The translations under genes and the position numbers were made by a program. From NCBI RefSeq assembly GCF_000143415.4, contig NW_003314266.1, forward strand, positions 3,418,398-3,482,397: a stretch of DNA of 64,000 nucleotides, in the 5' to 3' direction. The notes below the pieces were generated by a model. That model did no database searches. It saw only the letters and a list, made by a program, of their open reading frames with translations, and was not told the origin of the DNA. This DNA comes from Selaginella moellendorffii. Its lineage: Eukaryota > Plantae > Lycopodiophyta. Below, piece by piece: positions 25,100 to 38,323 of this stretch; positions within the stretch are counted from its first letter, which is position 1; every line of letters begins with the position of its first letter.

Positions 25100-27700
25100 A
25101 ACACTTCAACCTCCAACAATTAAGTTGGACATCACCATCTTTTTATCACGATTAAGTCAAGATTAATGAGAGCTTACTACTCTTATAAAATCTAACAAAA
25201 TATAAGGTGCAACTTGCCACCAAGCATATAGATACAACAAAAAGGCACAAAAGTCACTTTTCTAGAAAAGTGCAATAACTATTTTTCTTTTCTTACACCA
25301 GCTCCAGACTCTATCCAACTTAATTGCCTTATCCTCAAAAATCAACATCCTTTTCAGGCCACATCATACAAATTACATACTAAGGTTTAAGCTAATTGAA
25401 GTCAACTCCAACCCTTTCACTAATTTTTAATAGCTTTATGGTTTTCGATCAAAATGATCAACATATCAACTATTGGAAAAGTCTAAGAAAATTTGTGGAA
25501 AATTTCTATCCAAAATAAAAAATGACTCTCAGTTTAGAAATACAAATTCTCAAGACTTAACCAACTTCCTCCTACTTACAACTTCACACAAGTTTATTTT
25601 AATATAAGTTCTTATGACCTAACAATATGCTTAAGTATCGAACATCCCATATATCTTACATTTGACACTGTTATTTGTAAATGCTAATAAATACCTAAAA
25701 ATTGATCATAAAGATCATATTTTTGGATATGTATGTTGCACTCTTCTTCAATCACCTTCAAAATCCAATGTGAAGACAAAATACTAACAAAAAATAACAT
25801 GAAAATCAAGTTTTAAGGAAAAACTCCTCATCACTTGAAATAAGACTATCACTTTCACTAACACAAGTACTAGTAATGTTAATGCTTCCACTACACACCT
25901 CTCCATTCAACAATGTACTCCAAGTGCTAATAGATTTTACCAATAAGCTATAACAAATAAATGCTATAACATTTTTCAATATATAATGGGTAAATTCTCA
26001 AGGACCAACTCAAGCTTAGCATAATGGACCACCATTGAGAATCAAGTCAAAGCTACTTCAATATTACTACTATAAGTAGACTAGCTTCATTATTAACCAC
26101 TTTGGGTTGATCATCATTAATCAAGCAACTTTGTAAATACATTATTCATGATCATTAGGATATGATATAAGTATCACAATGATTTAATCATTAATCAAGT
26201 AACACTATAAGCAATGCTCATATCACTACTATAAAAGTCATAATGCAATATCACCTTTACTAATGGATCACTTCAATATGAAACTCGAACATCATCTAGC
26301 TAGTCTGAACTAATTACCAATATTGTCTAAAATTGAGCTTGACGACTTAATGCATCCAAAATAATATTTTCTTTACCAAGTTTATAGATGATTTCAATAT
26401 AAAATCTATTAAGCTTCTCTTGCCAACAAGCCTACTTTAGCACGAGCTTTGGCTATGTTGCAAAGCAGCCCAATGTGTTACTATCTATATAAACCTTGGT
26501 ATATCCACTCAAATACTATCTTTAATGTTCCAATGCCAACACTATAGCAAATATTTCTTCTCATGTGTTGGCCATCTTTATTAGGTTTCATCCAATTTCT
26601 TGGAGTAAAATGTAATGGGACAACTATGTCACCTTAGTGTAGCACCAATCATATTATCACAATCTTGGTGCAACACAACACCTATAGCATAGCTAGATGC
26701 ATCACAATGCACTTTGAAGGATTTATCAAGATGATCCTAAGAACAGGAACTATAGTCAAGATCTCCTTCAACGATACAAAAGTATATTGACAAGTTGGTA
26801 TCCAATAACACGGTAAACTACCCCTTATTAACTCAATTAATGGAAGAGCAATACTTGCAAAATTGTGAACAAAATTGTAAAAAAAATTGCCTTAGCATAT
26901 AGTTTGTTTTCTTGCAATTTTTTGAAACACCGACTCCAAGTGTTTCAAATGATCTTCCAACATTTCACTGAAGATTAGAATATCATTAATATATAGAATA
27001 ATAAATATGTCTAAATAATCTCTAAATATTCTATCCATCATTGTATTGAAAGTTTCTAGAGCATTACATAACCCAAACGGCATAACTAGGAACTCATAGG
27101 AATTATAACGAGTCTTAAAGGTTATCTTCTCCACATCTTGATTTACCACTTATATCTGATGATACTCAAACTGCAAATCAAGTCATATGAAATATTTAGC
27201 CTTTCAAAGTTGATCAAACAAGTAATCAATGCAAGGCAAAGGATAATTATTTCTAATCATGATCTTGTTAAGAGCTCGATAATCAATATACATCCTTATG
27301 ATACTATCTTTTTTCATAACAAAAAAGACCAACACTCTATAAGGTGACTTGCTTAGTCAGATATGACTGTTACTTCTTGAGTTCAACTATTTCTTTGATG
27401 TTCAAACGGTATAAAACCTTCACAGGTGGTTTAAAACCTAGAACAATTTTAATTCAATGATCAATTTTACAGCTGGGGTGGTTATCCTTTAGAAAGATAT
27501 CTTTATTTCTTATTAACAACTTCAATATTTCCATTGGCACAAGATCAACCCTATCATTGATTTGAACTGGGTCACCATCACTCCTAGCTTCCATCACTTG
27601 AACCTAGAAGGTTTGACACCCCTTCTTAGCTGCTTTTTAACTAACTCTCACAATCAAGAAATTAGTATCCTAATCCTTTGAGGAGCATTTTTGCAACTGG
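25100..27700 (-). mobile_element. Degenerate Ty3/gypsy pol relic (RT-RNase H-IN)
   Basis: KITFKTRYNSYEFLVMPFGLCNA...LYINDILIFS at 26892-27149 (the YxDD motif has mutated to YIND). Many stop codons. Confidence 0.8.
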
Positions 27701-28237
27701 AAGGACACATCAGGATGTCCTTCTGACCTTAATATGATGCAACTTTGTCCAGCACTATAAATCCCTTTAATATAATTATTGAAAACATCCATATTAAACA
27801 CCATTTGAAAGTCTGGTATCTTCAACATTACCAAATTTAATATTTCTTTCCACTCAAAAGGCATATCTATAGAGTGTAGAGAGTGTCTTGAACCCCATAG
27901 TGCTGTTCTTATGTCCCAATTTGTGATCTAGCAAAAGAGAATTAAAAGTTTAGGTCAAGAATGCTCAGTAAAAAACATATAGGAGTTCCTATCTTATGTT
28001 TATAGAACTAAGTATAAATACTAAATCTAGTTTATTAACACCTAAACAAGAGAGGCTAATAAAGAAAAAATAAGTAATACCAATCTCTTGATATTATGGT
28101 AATAAAGAGATAGTGTCCATAAGGACTAGCCAATAAGTATGTTTTGATACATGAAGTTACATTCATAAGAAATTAAATGGATTGAATTGGTAGATTGAAT
28201 TGGCATTTTTTGGATTGAATTAGCATCTTCATTTCTT

Positions 28238-28545
<308 letters not shown>

Positions 28546-29521
28546 NNNNNNNNNNNNNNNNNNNNNNNNNNNNNNNNNNNNNNNNNNNNNNNNNNNNNNN
28601 NNNNNNNNNNNNNNNNNNNNNNNNNNNNNNNNNNNNNNNNNNNNNNNNNNNNNNNNNNNNNNNNNNNNNNNNNNNNNNNNNNNNNNNNNNNNNNNNNNNN
28701 NNNNNNNNNNNNNNNNNNNNNNNNNNNNNNNNNNNNNNNNNNNNNNNNNNNNNNNNNNNNNNNNNNNNNNNNNNNNNNNNNNNNNNNNNNNNNNNNNNNN
28801 NNNNNNNNNNNNNNNNNNNNNNNNNNNNNNNNNNNNNNNNNNNNNNNNNNNNNNNNNNNNNNNNNNNNNNNNNNNNNNNNNNNNNNNNNNNNNNNNNNNN
28901 NNNNNNNNNNNNNNNNNNNNNNNNNNNNNNNNNNNNNNNNNNNNNNNNNNNNNNNNNNNNNNNNNNNNNNNNNNNNNNNNNNNNNNNNNNNNNNNNNNNN
29001 NNNNNNNNNNNNNNNNNNNNNNNNNNNNNNNNNNNNNNNNNNNNNNNNNNNNNNNNNNNNNNNNNNNNNNNNNNNNNNNNNNNNNNNNNNNNNNNNNNNN
29101 NNNNNNNNNNNNNNNNNNNNNNNNNNNNNNNNNNNNNNNNNNNNNNNNNNNNNNNNNNNNNNNNNNNNNNNNNNNNNNNNNNNNNNNNNNNNNNNNNNNN
29201 NNNNNNNNNNNNNNNNNNNNNNNNNNNNNNNNNNNNNNNNNNNNNNNNNNNNNNNNNNNNNNNNNNNNNNNNNNNNNNNNNNNNNNNNNNNNNNNNNNNN
29301 NNNNNNNNNNNNNNNNNNNNNNNNNNNNNNNNNNNNNNNNNNNNNNNNNNNNNNNNNNNNNNNNNNNNNNNNNNNNNNNNNNNNNNNNNNNNNNNNNNNN
29401 NNNNNNNNNNNNNNNNNNNNNNNNNNNNNNNNNNNNNNNNNNNNNNNNNNNNNNNNNNNNNNNNNNNNNNNNNNNNNNNNNNNNNNNNNNNNNNNNNNNN
29501 NNNNNNNNNNNNNNNNNNNNN
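28546..29521. other. Assembly gap (N)
   Basis: Run of N. Confidence 1.
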
Positions 29522-31399
29522 ACTTCAATCCATATATTGCAAAGCAAAAACTTTAAACTAAAGTAAGGGATTTAAAAAACAATTATAATTCACAAAATAT
29601 TATTGTAACAAATGATACATCGTATTTGTTACTTATCAACTATCCTTCAAGATTGCTGTTAGTTTGGACATGACCATTAATATAAACTTTCCTTCACATT
29701 TTCTTTTTAGTTAACCTTTGATATATATGTTAACTCAGATTTACGACATTTGTCCTTGTCTACAATTGTATATAAAGGTTAATTTTGCTCCATTTATCCT
29801 CCTTACATCCCCAAGGAGGAGTTTTTAGTGGTTATTTTATTTTTATATATCCCCTAAAGTTTCAAGGCTTTAGAATGATAGTATATTTAAATCTCATCCT
29901 ATAATCACATGTACTACAACTATTACATATATTTATCCTCACATAATAAAGATAAGAAAGTAAGAAAAATTGAGGAAGAAATATCACAGAAGAAGAAGAA
30001 GTAGAGAAAGAAGCATCTAAAGAAGAATAATCAATAGTTGTAAGGTAGGAATATAGAAATAAAAAGAAAAAAATGTGTTCACAACTTAGAGTATAGGTAT
30101 ATGTATATATAAAAATTACAACATACTATAGCAGATATTGAGTTATAATAAAAGTTTAAATAATTACTACTTATAATGTAAAAGTGAAATTTTTATTAAA
30201 GTATTATTATATTTAGTATTAAAGGAAAATCTTATCATTCATTAAGATGTCATTGTCATTGAATTATTTAATATTGATACTTGTGATATAAAATATGAAT
30301 TATAGAATTAAAAGTACATTTTATAATTTAATTAAAGTATTATACTTTATGGGAATATTATTTTAATTGAAGTATTATATTCATGGGAATTATGTTTTAT
30401 AGAATATTGTAATTTAGAAAATAAAATTTATCAAGAATAATATATTAGATGTTTTAATTAATAAAAATATAGTTCTTAAAATAAGTGTTATGTTTTTTAT
30501 ATTTATTCACAAAACACTTCATTAAATTTGCATTTACCACATATAAATATTAATCTTATATACATATAATTTTTATTAATAATTTTATTTATATGATATA
30601 TCTATAAAGGGTAAACCATGTATAGTTATATGTAGAATTTATCAAGAAACTTAAAAATTATTAACAAAATTAAATATTAGTTGTTATTTTTTCTGAAAAT
30701 TTTAAGATTTAAATTTTTTAAATAATATTATACATCTTTAAAGACCTGAATATATTACACATATATTTATGTTAATAATAAAGATATAATGTTAATTATA
30801 TTAAGTGTTTTAAATGATATCATTTAGTTTCATGGTTAGTTACTGACTTATAATTTTCTAAACTATATATGATAAAGAAATTAATGTAACTTTATTAGAT
30901 TTATTATTTTGTCACAAAATTTGTAGTTTTAGAACTAGTTTTGCATAAGTTTGTTTTATGCATAATATGTGAGTAAACTGTTTGCATCTTTTAAAAATTA
31001 ATAATGTGCATGAAATTATATGATTATCATTCAATAAAATGATGGTATATTACATTTATATACAGTATATTTTAATAGTTTATTATTAATTACATGTTTG
31101 AAATCCTTTTCATATGATGTTTTATGTAGAATTTTTTATAATTTGATAATACCAATATATTAATAAACCATAAGATTATTATTATGGAAGAAACTAAAAT
31201 GTGGAAAATCGTTTTCTAAATATTAAAAAAATTAATAATTTATTTTCCACTGGATTTAAAACATATAACATTGTGGAAAGATGGAAAGAATAGAAGGAAG
31301 TGACATACTTCTTGGTATAAGTTCAGTGGGCTCTGCATATTGTATGTGGCCTTTCAGACAAATTTGATAAACAAGAAAATGCTAACTTCTAAAAGTCTT

Positions 31400-32831
31400 T
31401 CATGGTGACTTCAGCACAGGTACTTTGAAATCCCGCACCTGACTAACATTCACTCGTATCGAAGGTCCCATGGTGGAACAGATGTAAATGGATTTCCAGT
31501 AGACACCTTTAGCTCCTTTGGGCTTGTTTGTCTCCACAGAGTTCTGGAGAAACACAAGGAAACATAAAGTTCCAGAGCCAGGATCTTTATACTTACAATC
31601 ACAGCTAGAAGATTCAAGAGGAGATCCTCGTCCTCAAAGTTCGTCTTCCCGAATGGAATGTGAACGATTCCTGTTTTGTCAACTTTGTACTCTACTTTCC
31701 CGCCTTTAAACTCTCCAATTGCCTGAGAACGAACGCATTTCAGGAAGAGAAAGAAACGAACGCGAGGAAGTGTACACACAAACGTACAGTTGGAAGGTCA
31801 GTCGTCACAGTCCCTGCCTTGGGATTTGGCATCAGTCCTCGAGGCCCCAGCAGTCTACCAAGCTTTGCAACCTGGAGAACGCAAACATTTCATGCTGAGA
31901 CACATGATCCATCAAAATATCACCTTTGGCATCATATCTGGAGTAGCCAGCAGCTTGTCGAACTCCATGAAGCCACCAGCGATTTGCTCGATCAATTCCT
32001 CTCCTCCTACAACGTCAGCTCCAGCGGTCTTGGCTTCCCCTTGCTTCTCTCCTTCCAGTGCCAGAGAAAACCACACGTTAAGTGCGCAAGTTCGTTTAGA
32101 ACAAAACCATTACCTTGCGTAAGAACAGCTATTCGGACCTCTTTCCCGGTTCCCTTTGGCAGAGTCACCTGGAAACGAAGCACTTGAAAGAAACCTCTTG
32201 GAAGATCCAAAAAGGATGGAATTTAAATAGAGGACTTCCACTCACAGTAGCACGGAGCTGCTGGTCATTGTACTTGGGATCGATGTTAAGTCGGCAGTGA
32301 ACTTCAGCGGTTTCAACGAATTTGCTCGACGCGGTCTCCTTCATCAATCGGAGAGCGGTCTGTGGATCATACTCCTGCCTCTTGACACGCAGTTTTTGCA
32401 GCTCTAGAAATCTCTTCGATCTTCTCTGCAAAGAAAGGACGCAAAGGAAACCACTGTGTCAATCCTCCACCGCAAGCAAAATCCATTCTACAAACCAAAG
32501 TAAAGAATCAGCTCACTCTATCGCTCTTGTTGGGCAGCGCAGCCTTCCCCTTCTTGGGCTTGACCGCGGGCGTGGATGCCACTGGCTCCTCCGCCTCTTC
32601 CTCATCCTCCACTGAGACCTCCGCCACGGCCACCACCGCCATCACTCTCGCCCTTCCTCTCAATCGCCATGACTGGAGAGAAGAGAATGCCGCTGCCAAG
32701 GACGCCGACGAAGACCTCAACCTGGACAATCTGCAAGCCTGGAGCCTGGAAATCCCTCGCGATGGCAATGCCGAGCATTGCGATGACGCTGCGAGATCTA
32801 GAAACCCTAGCGTCGCTGCCGTCGCGCACAT
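31400..32831 (-). CDS. RPL1: Plastid 50S ribosomal protein L1, multi-exon, with transit peptide
   Basis: Ser/Ala/Arg-rich N-terminus. Motifs [63 protein letters not shown] and [14 protein letters not shown]. Short GT-AG introns. Confidence 0.93.
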
Positions 32832-32911
32832 CCCGTTTCCCCCACTCCCAGAGACCTCTTGTGGTGGATAACGCGAAAAGAGGAATATACCTCCCTTTAG
32901 ATGTAAATGAT

Positions 32912-32920
32912 AAACCCTAA
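32912..32920. promoter_or_regulatory. telo-box (AAACCCTAA) upstream of RPL1
   Basis: Exact motif ~80 bp upstream of the ATG. It is common in plant ribosomal-protein promoters. Confidence 0.4.
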
Positions 32921-33536
32921 CTAAGCCCTAGAAATTTACAACCGTTAAGCCCTTGCCTTTGGGGTTCTTCGTCGATTAATCTTATCTTCTAGTTTGCTTC
33001 TTCCTAGCGCTGGCTTGGGCGGGCGATTCTCCTCCTCCTCCTCCTCCCCCTCCTCCTCCAGCTCCAGTGGCGCTACTCTCGAGCGAAGCTTTCGATTCCG
33101 CGAAAGATTTTAACGGAGGATTCCTGGAAAACCAAAGAACAAGGGAGAAATCCACCACGAAAACTAGAAATCCCAGCTCACTTGGTAGCTCTTATCACAA
33201 ATCCTTCGATCGGCATCGTGCTCTCGTACACCGGATCTGCGCAAGGAAGCGTCAATCGAAGTCACTCGCCTCTTCTCTCGCGTTACCGTTGGCCCCGAGA
33301 ACCTGGGAGGAGAAGTACTTGTGATGGATCCAGCGCACATAATCCCTCTCGTATTCCCGGTACTTGGCCGCATTGGAGGCCTCGGACGAGGCATCTCTGC
33401 GAGATTTCAAAGCGGGAGATCAGCGCGTAGCTGGGATCGAGGATACTCACAGCGCGATCTTGGCCTGCTTGGACGACGTCGTGGCCGTGGGCGAGGCCTC
33501 CATCGCCCAGATTTTAGGGTTTCCATGACCCGGCGA

Positions 33537-33657
33537 GCATATTCGTTGTCACGCCCCGTACAGAAAAGCATATTCTCTGATTATTGTACAAAAGCATATT
33601 CCTTGTCACATTCGTACAAAAATGCATATTCCCTGATTTTGATACACTTCCTTGTAC
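33537..33657 (+). promoter_or_regulatory. Array of four P1BS-type (GNATATNC) sites alternating with GTAC cores
   Basis: GCATATTC at 33537, 33568, 33594 and 33624. GTAC at 33558, 33586, 33614 and 33654. Confidence 0.5.
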
Positions 33658-33687
33658 GGCAGGGCATGGGTGGATGATGAAGTGGAA

Positions 33688-34676
33688 ATGACCTCTTTCT
33701 TTCCACATCGAGAACAAGAAGAAAATCCTAACGAGGATGAGGACGATAGCGATGGCGATGCCCGCGCCCGTCCTCCTCCTCCTCTCTCCGCCTGGATCCT
33801 GCGGTTCAAGCCAGTGATCGAAGGTGAGTCTGGTCAGGGAATCACGAGGAGCGGGCGAATGCGTCGATCGCGCTCCTGCTCCTCGGTTCTACTGCCCGAA
33901 TTCTCGATCAAGCGGCCCCAGCACGAAGAATGCCACGAGCCGCTGGAGGATTGGCTGCTCCACCGGCATTCCATTTCTTCCCCTTCTTTCTCGCAGGAGA
34001 AATCCCGTTCCAATTCCAGCAGCCTCTCTCGCAGCCTCGACAGGAGCTCCTTCCTCCTCGCTCCCAATTGCGAGGCTCCACGGCGAATCATTCGAGGGTT
34101 CGTCGCCGCCACCGACAGCCAAGAACCGCAAGATTCCCTTTGCGGCTTTCTCAAAGCCAATGCTCCACTGCCATACAGCAGCTATCAAGGATCCAATCCT
34201 CGCGACGAACAAGGATTGGATCCAGCAAAAGGATTAGCATCCCTGCTCACCGAATCATCCACAAGTAAGCTCGAAATTCTTCCAAAAAATCGAATTCTTA
34301 GCTTCGATTCCTTGCACAGATCGTCACCAAAAACAATCCCAGCAGGTAGGCAAAACTTCCGAGGAGAAAAATCTCATTTTGCCTGGTTTGCTTGCAGCAA
34401 TCTGGATCAAACCAGGAGAACTTTGTCCATCCGGAGTCTGTTCTAACCCGACCGCTCTACACCAAACGGCAATCCATCCGCAAGGAAGGGTCGTGGATCA
34501 ACCGATGGTCGGACGAAAACTCGGCCTCGGTCTCTGGCCTCGGCTACGTTCCCAGCGCCGCTGCCATGGCGATCATCAGTAAATCTTACACGAGCTCACT
34601 CACAACACCGTCATGGTCTAACTCGATCGAGGCCTGGCAGTCGGACGCCGACTCCAAGGATGCTCGTCGCTGGTAG
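33688..34676 (+). CDS. Uncharacterised Ser-rich protein, 3 exons (33688-34264, 34320-34345, 34398-34676)
   Basis: A long ORF plus two short GT-AG introns whose removal joins it in frame with ORF 34392-34676. No domain recognised. Confidence 0.6.
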
Positions 34677-34996
34677 CAACTAGGAAACTGTAGTAGGCAA
34701 CTTTTTTTTTTCTTTCAAAGTTCTCAAAGTTCATCTGCATCTGCGAATAACATATTAAAAACCAAGGCAGCGATTTCGAAAATGAAAAAGCCTGCGAGTA
34801 GCGTAGCTATGTAGTAACAACTTACTGAATGGTGGTTCTTTAGACAAAATATAATATGCCAGTATGGACAAGGTACAATGGACTGCACAAACAAAAAACA
34901 AAGAAATTTTCATGGTCGCTCGTCAGTACTTTTTTTGCCGATATAGAAAACTTTGACAAAGCACCAGACACACCTGATTTCTGCCAGATTTGATTC

Positions 34997-36961
34997 TCAC
35001 TGCGCCTCGACTGCATCATTTTCGGAAGCTACAGGAGGAGCTGCCGGATTCTTAGCGGCGTCGGACAACTCCAGCGACGCGGTCTGCGTTCCTTTCAGAT
35101 CACCGGCATTCGTACTCTCAGGCTCCACTCCTATAAAAATGAATACACGAAAGGAATGAAAACATAGCTGTGAGATAACCAAGGCCCGAGAAACGAGAAG
35201 TAACAGTCGCGTACCTTTGTTCGTTGACGCATCTCCAGCATCCTCGGACCCGGGCTGCATCACTACCTCGTTGACTACCTCTTCCTGATCCCTTGGAGCG
35301 GCCTCCACCACTTCTTCAGCCTTGGTTCCATCGCTTGGATTGTTTTCCTGCGCTGCAACCTCTGGAAGACCCTCATTTGCGTAATCCTCAATGCCTATCT
35401 GCTGCTGCTTGTCATCGACTACAGGAGCTTCCTCCGGCTTCACGTCTTCATTCCACTTGCCAATCTCAAACTTCGCGTCGGATGGAACTCCGTAAAACGA
35501 TATGTCAGTGTCAGTCTTGTTAGCTTCCTGATCGGCGGATGCCTGTGCCTTTGTCAATGCGTTCCCTTCGTCCGCGGCCTTCTTCACTGCGGCAGCCATA
35601 TCGACCTGCTGTTGGACACCGCCTTGGCCTAAGTTGACAACCTCGTGAGGACCACCGTCGTCGGTATCCATGGCCGTGACCCCGCCGTGCTCCTCGGATT
35701 GAGAAGGAAAGCCGGAGAGGATGTCCGCGAACGGAAACGCGGCGTTGGGATCCGATAAATACGTCGATGGGAAGCCGTGGGTGTCGACAGTCTGGTAGAG
35801 AGCGTGGTTGGCTTGGTCTTCTTCCTTGATCCGGGGCTGCTGCTTTTGAAGCATCGACTCACCAGGCTCCTCCTTCGGCTCCACTCCAGAAGGAGAAGCT
35901 CCTGGCGACATTCCTTCCTGCTTTCGCCGGACTCCACGAGCAGACCTTGGCGAAGTGATATGCATCTCGTCACCCTGGCTCTCTTCCTTCCCTTTCTCCG
36001 AGGGATCCAGCTTCGCCCCAATCAAGCCGCCGACTCTAGGCTCCAGACGAACACCATTCCGCCGTAGCTCAGACCTGGCATGTATCTCTGCTCTAGCAGC
36101 CTGTGCCGCGATGTCAAGCGCAGCCTTGGCGGCAAGAGCAGCCTTGGCCGCAGCTTGGGCTTTCGCAAGAGCCGTCGCCTTTGCGTTAGCGGCAGCTCTA
36201 GCAGCAGCCTGGGCAGCGTTCTTCGCCGCTTGCAACGCTTCCTGGGCTTGATTAACACTTGGCTTTGGAGGAAGTCCCTGCTTGCTATCCTCTTCCATGG
36301 GAGCCTCAGTAGTCGGAGTAGTAGCAGCAGTAGTAGCGCTAGGATTGGCAGCAGCACTAGGATCATCACCCTCGCTCTTGACAGTCCGGGCCTTTTTGTG
36401 CGATGGGCTTGCCGGGCTGGTACTCTCCTCGTTCTTGTTCCTACACTCGGGACAAGTATACGCATTTGGGTCGAGAGCCGCGCCAGGAGAGTTCTTCGTC
36501 TCGCATTCTACGTGAACCGATCGCTTGCACTGTCCACAGTTGAGCCAGATCTTGGGATCACCCAGAGTCCCCGCGTCCTGGTACGTGACGAGGCAGTAGG
36601 GACAGAACATATTCATGCTGTAGAGCATGGTGCAAGTGTTGCACAGCCGCTGGTAAACCCCGCTCTTCTTCACGCGCCGCCAAGCGCTGTTCTCTTTGCT
36701 CCCACACCACGAGCAGCTCTCGTCGGATTTTCCCCCCGGCGCACCCGATCCCAGCCCAGGCGCTGCTCCTGCCACTGCCGCCGGGCCTGGAGGAGCTCCC
36801 ACAGCTCCAGCGCCGCCCTGGTCGACCGCCACGGCCGCGATTCCCCCTTCCGCCATACCTTTGCTCGGATCACTGGCGCCGCGGTTGAGCAGACGCTTGC
36901 GAGGAGGCAAACAACCTTCTGGCGCTCCAGCCGTTGCCACTCCCGCGTCGGCGTCCTCCAT
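34997..36961 (-). CDS. GATA-like zinc finger + PHD finger protein with Ala-rich coiled coil; 84-bp intron 35131-35214
   Basis: CSWC..WRR..LCNTC, then CPYC...CGQC...HVEC...CPEC (C4HC3). PPRKR NLS-like motif. Confidence 0.85.
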   Translation of the reverse strand: MEDADAGVATAGAPEGCLPPRKRLLNRGASDPSKGMAEGGIAAVAVDQGGAGAVGAPPGPAAVAGAAPGLGSGAPGGKSDESCSWCGSKENSAWRRVKKSGVYQRLCNTCTMLYSMNMFCPYCLVTYQDAGTLGDPKIWLNCGQCKRSVHVECETKNSPGAALDPNAYTCPECRNKNEESTSPASPSHKKARTVKSEGDDPSAAANPSATTAATTPTTEAPMEEDSKQGLPPKPSVNQAQEALQAAKNAAQAAARAAANAKATALAKAQAAAKAALAAKAALDIAAQAARAEIHARSELRRNGVRLEPRVGGLIGAKLDPSEKGKEESQGDEMHITSPRSARGVRRKQEGMSPGASPSGVEPKEEPGESMLQKQQPRIKEEDQANHALYQTVDTHGFPSTYLSDPNAAFPFADILSGFPSQSEEHGGVTAMDTDDGGPHEVVNLGQGGVQQQVDMAAAVKKAADEGNALTKAQASADQEANKTDTDISFYGVPSDAKFEIGKWNEDVKPEEAPVVDDKQQQIGIEDYANEGLPEVAAQENNPSDGTKAEEVVEAAPRDQEEVVNEVVMQPGSEDAGDASTNKGTRLLLLVSRALVISQLCFHSFRVFIFIGVEPESTNAGDLKGTQTASLELSDAAKNPAAPPVASENDAVEAQ

Positions 36962-38323
36962 CACTCACCCTAAAGCCACCATCAGTGAGCTAGGGTTAGG
37001 GCTTGGCTCCAAAACCCCAGAAAAGCTCTGGCTCGTCCACGTCAGACCCATTTTCTTGGAGAAGTAACGGTCCCCGGTTCGAGTCCTTTGGAGGGAGGCG
37101 CTCTATCCAACAAAGCAATGATGGCATCCCGTGGGACACATGAAGAAATGAGAACGTGGTCGCGCGCGCTTTAAAAGTCCCATTTCAAACACCAACGAGC
37201 CAAAATCCCCAGGCCCTAAAGTCCACCACCTTTGACAAACTTCCATGCAAAAAAGCCGCGATCTCTCAAATCCAAAGAATGTGACAACATTGAAGAGAAT
37301 AAAAATCTCCGATAATTCCAGTTTCCAATCACCCCAAATTTCTGATAAAAGACCCGAGTCTTTGCTCTTTGCAGCAAATGCCCTTTGCGGGCATTTGTTT
37401 CAAGCCGGTTTTCTCTCGACTGTAGGAAAAAGTCGCCAGGACAAGTAGATTAAACAAAGCAAACACATCCATCCCGTGCGCTCTTACGTCCGTACTTAGA
37501 CTTTCAAGCAATCACTCACTCCAGCAGACCAGTAAGTACGGATTAGATTATGGACAGGATAGCTCCCTCACTCATCACTCAACCATTCAAATCCCATTTC
37601 GTGTGTGCCAGCCAGAGCTTTCATCCACTGCTGCGGCAAACAACGAACGACCATCCCTGTCGATGCCTCTCCGTTTTGCTTGATCTTATCTCCATCCCCC
37701 GTGCCGTGGATCACTCATAGCTAAGTTTTCATGTCGAGTTCTTCATCGTGTTTGGAGTTTTAATCCGGAAACCTGCCAATAGGGGTCGATCCGATCGGAT
37801 CGGATCACTTGGGTTGGTTGGCATCGCCGGGGGAAACCGACCCACGAACCGAATTCCCACTTTTTAAAGCGCCCACACAGAGATCTTTGAGACACACTCT
37901 GTCTTGTCTGCCAAAGAAGCCCTCTTTGGATGCATGACCGATGAACCGATTCCCAGGGGGGGGGCTTGTCCCTTTTTCCGCTTCTCTTTTCTCGCATTCC
38001 ATTGTCAAAAAGGGGCTCTTTTGTTGCGAGACAATGCAGCGTCTGGGCGGCATTGCAGTGCATGGTACCATGTAAAAGCATTTGCCGGCTCCAGGGTTTT
38101 TAAGGGAGGGCCAAGAAAACTAGCAAAGAAAGAGCGCGCTCCCAAAAGAGAGAGAAAAAGAGGAAAAAAAGAAAGCAAATTAAAATAAAGGAAAGAGAGA
38201 GCAGCTCTCTCGCCAAATGCCTTGGTAGGCATTTAGCTTGCGAGCGAGCTCTCGGCTATGGATCTGGGCTCTCTAGTCTTCTTCTCCCACCCCTTGTTCT
38301 AAATCTACCATACGTTGCTGGCA

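Noticed and set aside
29522-31300. Extremely AT-rich 1.8 kb tract as a specific element
   Set aside because: No termini, TSD or coding remnants that I can support.
37069-37090. tRNA T-loop / box B-like ggttcgagtcc
   Set aside because: The T-stem does not pair, and no box A, acceptor stem or cloverleaf is evident.
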